Shown here piece by piece: positions 48,020 to 51,670 of a stretch of 51,670 nucleotides of DNA. Both the position numbers and the translations under genes were made by a program. A model generated the notes under the pieces. The model saw only the letters and a list, made by a program, of their open reading frames with translations. It did not search any database and was not told where the DNA came from. Each line of letters starts with the position of its first letter. The first letter of the stretch is position 1. Origin of the DNA: an uncultured Ignavibacteriales bacterium (GTDB taxonomy: Bacteria; Bacteroidota; Ignavibacteria; Ch128b); NCBI GenBank assembly GCA_937138605.1, contig CAKZPH010000021.1:1-51670 (forward strand), written 5' to 3'.

Positions 48020-48730
48020 ATGATTAAAAAACTTTTATTCTTTTTGTTTTCGTTTCTTCTAATCAATTCTATAACTGTTTTTGCGCAAGAAGAAGAATGT
48101 GTAGATGAAACAAGCACAAATATTCCTGCGCTTAAGGAATTTCATGAGGTAATGCATCCGATATGGCACACTGCATATCCAGAAAAAGATATAGATGCTT
48201 TAAGAAAATATGCTGAAGAAGTAAAAGAAAAAGCACTCAAAATTTACGAAGTAAAACTGCCAGGAATACTCAGGGAGAAAGAAGCAAAATGGAAAGCAGG
48301 AGTTGAAACATTTAGGAATGCTGTTGATAATTACCTTGCAATCGCTGAAACAGGTAATGATCAAGCAATGCTTGACGCTGCTGAAGAACTTCACACTAGA
48401 TATGAAAATTTGGTTAGAATAATTAGACCTATTGTTAAGGAACTAGAAGAATTTCATAAAGTTCTTTATGTCATTTACCATCGTTATTTACCCGACAAAA
48501 AATGGAAAGAAATCAGAAACGAATGCAAAAATTTAAAGGAAAAAGCAGCTCAACTCTCCAAAGCTAAACTACCTAAGAGACTTGAGGCGAAAAATGATGA
48601 GTTCAAAAAAAGAGTAAATGCTTTATCAAAATCAGTAAATTCATTATGTAGAACCAAAGACGCCGGCATGGAAAAAGCAGTCGAAAATATGCACACTAGA
48701 TATGTTAAAATTCAAGAATTGTTTGAATAA
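48020..48730 (+). CDS. secreted alpha-helical protein of unknown function, internally duplicated
   Basis: 236-aa ORF. GGAGG SD 6 nt upstream of the ATG, signal peptide ...VFAQEE, and two ~97-aa halves sharing EFH, H, LKEKA, KLP and HTRY landmarks. Confidence 0.55.
   Translation: MIKKLLFFLFSFLLINSITVFAQEEECVDETSTNIPALKEFHEVMHPIWHTAYPEKDIDALRKYAEEVKEKALKIYEVKLPGILREKEAKWKAGVETFRNAVDNYLAIAETGNDQAMLDAAEELHTRYENLVRIIRPIVKELEEFHKVLYVIYHRYLPDKKWKEIRNECKNLKEKAAQLSKAKLPKRLEAKNDEFKKRVNALSKSVNSLCRTKDAGMEKAVENMHTRYVKIQELFE
48128..48724 (+). repeat. protein-level tandem duplication (approximately 48128-48421 and 48434-48724)
   Basis: LKEFHEVMHPIWH...LKEKALKIYEVKLP...ELHTRYENL aligns with LEEFHKVLYVIYH...LKEKAAQLSKAKLP...NMHTRYVKI. 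Confidence 0.65.
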
Positions 48731-48772
48731 TTTACACACCATTTTACTTCTAAAAACACTGAAGTCTTTGCG

Positions 48773-48807
48773 AGGTTGATCATTTCTTATTGGGGAATGA
48801 TCAACCT
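48773..48807 (+). terminator. strong hairpin downstream of the 48020-48730 gene (possible terminator, weak U-tract)
   Basis: aggttgatcatt / aatgatcaacct form a perfect 12-bp stem with an 11-nt loop, 43 nt after the stop codon. Confidence 0.4.
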
Positions 48808-48943
48808 ATTCCATTAAATCAATCACACAATTAAAATCAAATTAAATTAACGTCTCAGGAACCCTTTAATTTCCGTTAGTATAAAAATACGGTTTTCTGA
48901 AATACCTACATATTCTTAACTTGCAAAAAATTTAGAAAATTTT

Positions 48944-50431
48944 ATGAGTAAAGTAACTGTATTTTTGCCATTCAGTAATAAAGAACACTCAAATAGCCTG
49001 ATAAATGAATTTTTAAACAACAAACTCGTTGATAAGGTAATTCTTTTTGCTAATCAAGACTACAATAATGGATTTACAACCATCGTTACTAAGTCAATAG
49101 CCGCATCTAAGGCAATTCAAAAGGCAATAAGCTATGTAAAATCGGATTACTTTTTGATTGTCCACAAAGACACTTTAATTCAACTTAATCAATTCGCATT
49201 AGAAAGATTTATTGATTTTGTTGAAACCTACATTGCTTCATTAGTTTATTCAGACTATTATGATTTGAAAGACGATATACTTATTAAACATCCACTTCAG
49301 GACTATCTTCCTGGAAGTGTTCGTGATAACTTTGAATTTGGCTCTATACTATTCTTTTCGACAGAAAAAGTTAAAGAGTCATTTAAAAAGTTTGGTAAAC
49401 TCTCTCAATCAAATTTTGCAGGACTTTATGAACTTAGATTGAGACTTTCAACAGAATTTTTCTATGAGAAAGCTCGTATACCCATAATACGAATTCCAGA
49501 GTTTCTTTATTCTCAAGTTGAAATAGATGATAGAAAATCAGGAGTAAAATTATTTGATTACGTTGACCCTAAAAATCGAGAAGCTCAAATTGAGATGGAA
49601 CTTGTCTTCACTAAATTTCTTAAGTTAATCAATGCTTATTTACCACCAAAATTTCAGAAATTACCGAAGGATAACGAAGATTACCCTGTTACCGCGAGCG
49701 TAATAATTCCAGTTTACAATAGAGTGAACACTATATCAGATGCAATTGAAAGCGTTTTTCGACAAGAAACTAATTTCCAATTTAACTGCATTGTTGTAGA
49801 TAACCATAGTACAGACGGCACAACCTCAAAATTAGAACAATTGATATATAGATTCCCAAAATTGTTTCACATCATCCCAAAAACCAAACTACTTGGAATA
49901 GGTGGATGTTGGAATGAAGCTATTTTCCATGAAAAATGCGGTAAATTTGCCATTCAATTAGATTCTGATGATTTATACGCAGACAAAAACACTTTACAAA
50001 AAATTGTTGATTTACTGGAATCAAGATCTTACTCAGCCGTAATCGGCACTTACAAAATGGTAAATTTCAATTTAGAAGAAATTCCTCCAGGAATAATTGA
50101 CCACCGTGAATGGACCGATAAAAATGGACATAATAATGCCCTCCGAATAAATGGACTGGGAGCACCACGAGCATTTAGAACGAGCATCCTAAGAAAAATA
50201 AAATTCCCTAATGTGAGTTATGGCGAAGATTACGCTGTTTGTCTTGCAATAACTCGCAAATACAGAATTGGCAGAATTTACGAACCGATTTACTTATGTA
50301 GAAGATGGGAAGGCAACACAGATTCAGAACTTACCATTCAACAACAAAATCAATACAATCATTATAAAGACACTATCCGAACAAAGGAAATTTTTGAAAG
50401 AATTAAACTAAATAGAAAGAAAAAAAGTTGA
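48944..50431 (+). CDS. family 2 glycosyltransferase with an extra N-terminal (degenerate GT-A-like) domain
   Basis: 495-aa ORF. The C-terminal half has ASVIIPVYNRVNTISDAIESV, VVDNHSTDGT and QLDSDDLY (DxD). The N-terminal ~250 aa resemble a GT-A fold (VTVFLPF..., YFLIVHKDT) without a DxD. Confidence 0.75.
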   Translation: MSKVTVFLPFSNKEHSNSLINEFLNNKLVDKVILFANQDYNNGFTTIVTKSIAASKAIQKAISYVKSDYFLIVHKDTLIQLNQFALERFIDFVETYIASLVYSDYYDLKDDILIKHPLQDYLPGSVRDNFEFGSILFFSTEKVKESFKKFGKLSQSNFAGLYELRLRLSTEFFYEKARIPIIRIPEFLYSQVEIDDRKSGVKLFDYVDPKNREAQIEMELVFTKFLKLINAYLPPKFQKLPKDNEDYPVTASVIIPVYNRVNTISDAIESVFRQETNFQFNCIVVDNHSTDGTTSKLEQLIYRFPKLFHIIPKTKLLGIGGCWNEAIFHEKCGKFAIQLDSDDLYADKNTLQKIVDLLESRSYSAVIGTYKMVNFNLEEIPPGIIDHREWTDKNGHNNALRINGLGAPRAFRTSILRKIKFPNVSYGEDYAVCLAITRKYRIGRIYEPIYLCRRWEGNTDSELTIQQQNQYNHYKDTIRTKEIFERIKLNRKKKS

Positions 50432-51474
50432 GTTCAAAAATTTCCTCCGATATCCTTAAAAGTAAATTACTTTCAAACGATGATTTAAAGGAAGTCCATC
50501 ATAATTTACAAACGGACGATTTAACTGATTTAATGTATGCCACTTTTCTCCACCAAAAATTAAACTGGCCTATGTTAAGCGAAGGATGGAAAGGATATCA
50601 GTCGGGCGAATACAAAAAGTATATTTTCGGATGGTTCTTAATCAAAACACAATTCAATCCCACACGTTTTATTAGTTCTTCTGCAAAAGTCGATGAAGAT
50701 TCAATCAAAAAAAGGAAATGCTTTTTATGTCTTAAAAACTTACCAAAAGAACAAAAGGGAATCCTATTTAACAATGATTTAATAGTGTTGTGTAATCCTG
50801 CCCCCGTTTTCAATGAACACTTTACAATTTCTAACGTTGATCACAAACCCCAAGAAATACTTCCAAATGTCGGTAAAATGCTAAGGGTTGCAAACAAGCT
50901 GAATAATGAATATACAGTTTTTTACAATGGGCCAAAATGCGGAGCTTCTGCACCAGACCATTTTCATTTTCAAGCTTGTCCATCTGATGAATTGATAACT
51001 GAAAAAGATTTGCTAAACAATCTTTCCAAATTTAACTTATTAGTTAAGGGAAAGGATTGGGAAATTCGATATATCAAAATAGACGATTATTTACGAAATA
51101 CCATTGCTATAATATCAAATAATCCTATCTTGATTGAACAAATTTTCTTAGAAATATATGAAAAGCTCAAAAAAATAAGTGGAAGTAATGATGAACCGAT
51201 GATGAACATTTTTGCACTTCAAAGAGATAAAGAATTTTACTTTGTAATTTTCCCAAGAGAAAAGCATAGACCTGATTTTTATTTTGCAGAAGGTGAAGAA
51301 AACATGTTAGTAAGCCCAGGTCTTGTCGATATGTGTGGAATGTTAATCACCCCATTACAAAAAGACTTTGAAAAAATAAATCACAATCTCATCAAACAAA
51401 TTTATAACGAAGTAACCCTTGATAAAGAAAAATTTTCTTACTTATTAGACTACTTGCAAACAAAAAAATTTTAA
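50428..51474 (+). CDS. GalT/HIT-branch HxHxQ nucleotidyltransferase/phosphorylase-like protein (DUF4922-like by recollection)
   Basis: 348-aa ORF. The TTG start overlaps the GT2 stop (TTGA). Motifs are CFLC (CxxC), NPAPVFNEHFTI, and APDHFHFQA (H178-x-H180-x-Q182), as in GDP-hexose phosphorylases, Ap4A phosphorylases and GalT. Confidence 0.55.
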   Translation: MSSKISSDILKSKLLSNDDLKEVHHNLQTDDLTDLMYATFLHQKLNWPMLSEGWKGYQSGEYKKYIFGWFLIKTQFNPTRFISSSAKVDEDSIKKRKCFLCLKNLPKEQKGILFNNDLIVLCNPAPVFNEHFTISNVDHKPQEILPNVGKMLRVANKLNNEYTVFYNGPKCGASAPDHFHFQACPSDELITEKDLLNNLSKFNLLVKGKDWEIRYIKIDDYLRNTIAIISNNPILIEQIFLEIYEKLKKISGSNDEPMMNIFALQRDKEFYFVIFPREKHRPDFYFAEGEENMLVSPGLVDMCGMLITPLQKDFEKINHNLIKQIYNEVTLDKEKFSYLLDYLQTKKF

Positions 51475-51579
51475 TTTACTTCACTCATGTCTACTCAATA
51501 ACTAAAATTCTCACAAAACCAACATCTTTTGGTAGAAGGTAGGTACAGTTAATTTTTAACTTGATAAGCATTTGAACAA

Positions 51580-51602
51580 AAATCTCGACTCACTCGAGAT
51601 TT
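51580..51602. terminator. bidirectional intrinsic terminator between the 50428-51474 gene and tRNA-Lys
   Basis: aaatctcga / tcgagattt form a 9-bp stem with a 5-nt loop (ctcac). It is followed by T-rich sequence on both strands (tttatttgtg on +, tttttgttc on -). Confidence 0.6.
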
Positions 51603-51607
51603 ATTTG

Positions 51608-51670
51608 TGAGCGCGGATGGAATCGAACCATCGACCCTCTGCTTAAAAGGCAGATGCTCTACCCCTGAGC
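51608..51670 (-). tRNA. tRNA-Lys (anticodon UUU), 5' end truncated by the window edge
   Basis: Reverse complement reads ...GCTCAGGGGTAGAGCA-TCTGC-CTTTTAA-GCAGA-GGGTC-GATGGTTCGATTCCATC-CGCGCTC-A, anticodon TTT. About 9 nt of the 5' acceptor strand lie beyond position 51670. Confidence 0.85.

Noticed and set aside
880-50813. Remaining 60-130-aa ORFs in the track nested in or antisense to larger genes (e.g. 880-1077, 2310-2495, 2444-2626, 3218-3406, 3914-4120, 4317-4523, 4613-4897, 6465-6794, 7009-7239, 8773-9162, 8910-9155, 18885-19070, 19140-19343, 19433-19702, 27413-27703, 31418-31675, 32892-33185, 33297-33533, 33884-34129, 37066-37371, 38146-38367, 39040-39222, 40104-40310, 43795-43989, 43922-44116, 46737-46937, 48200-48394, 50598-50813)
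   Set aside because: All overlap strongly supported genes in other frames. They have low-complexity composition and lack ribosome-binding sites or recognisable motifs.
1-51670. Scan for CRISPR arrays, IS elements or transposases, integrases, reverse transcriptases, toxin-antitoxin pairs and known multi-gene defence systems
   Set aside because: No regularly spaced direct repeats, no terminal inverted repeats, and no ORF with recombinase, RT, nuclease-NTPase or defence-type motifs were seen. Apart from the MTase/2H pair, the window looks like core chromosome.

Overview
AT-rich window (about one-third G+C by eye), roughly 90% coding. I call 44 protein-coding genes and 3 tRNA genes: two tandem tRNA-Arg and one tRNA-Lys truncated at the window edge. 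Four proteins end in 'NYPNPFN...'-type T9SS sorting domains. Together with the gene content, this suggests an FCB-superphylum bacterium, probably Ignavibacteriota-like (inference). Most of the window is core housekeeping in long, tightly packed minus-strand operons. These include rluD / lspA / dksA-like / ileS; an Omp85-SDR-lipoprotein-LDT-like block; queD-queC-queF directly behind the tRNA-Arg pair; aspS; xdhAB-like; msrA and larC; a lipoprotein-hbd-ackA-marC block; and recN-(GT-C membrane protein)-hemW-(DAACS transporter)-SDR. I found no transposase, integrase, reverse transcriptase, CRISPR array, toxin-antitoxin pair or recognised defence operon, so no novel system is demonstrated here. The best candidates for something undescribed, in order: (1) an orphan beta-class DNA methyltransferase translationally coupled to a 2H phosphoesterase (24310-25795). 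(2) A four-gene envelope cluster of two T9SS cargo proteins sharing a repeated FN3-like module, a periplasmic TlpA thiol reductase, a Cys-pair beta-barrel and a CPPC thioredoxin-like Omp28-type protein (18826-24024), divergent from a TMTC/PMT-like GT-C/TPR glycosyltransferase. (3) A tandem-GT2 protein coupled to a GalT/HIT-branch HxHxQ nucleotidyltransferase-like protein (48944-51474). Smaller oddities are a histone-H1-like Lys-rich tail on the DksA/TraR zinc-finger protein, an L,D-transpeptidase-like protein with Ser in place of the nucleophile Cys, a ~85-aa loop insertion in a glutamate-type symporter, and an internally duplicated secreted His-motif protein. All functional calls rest on motif recognition by eye. 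No database search was run.
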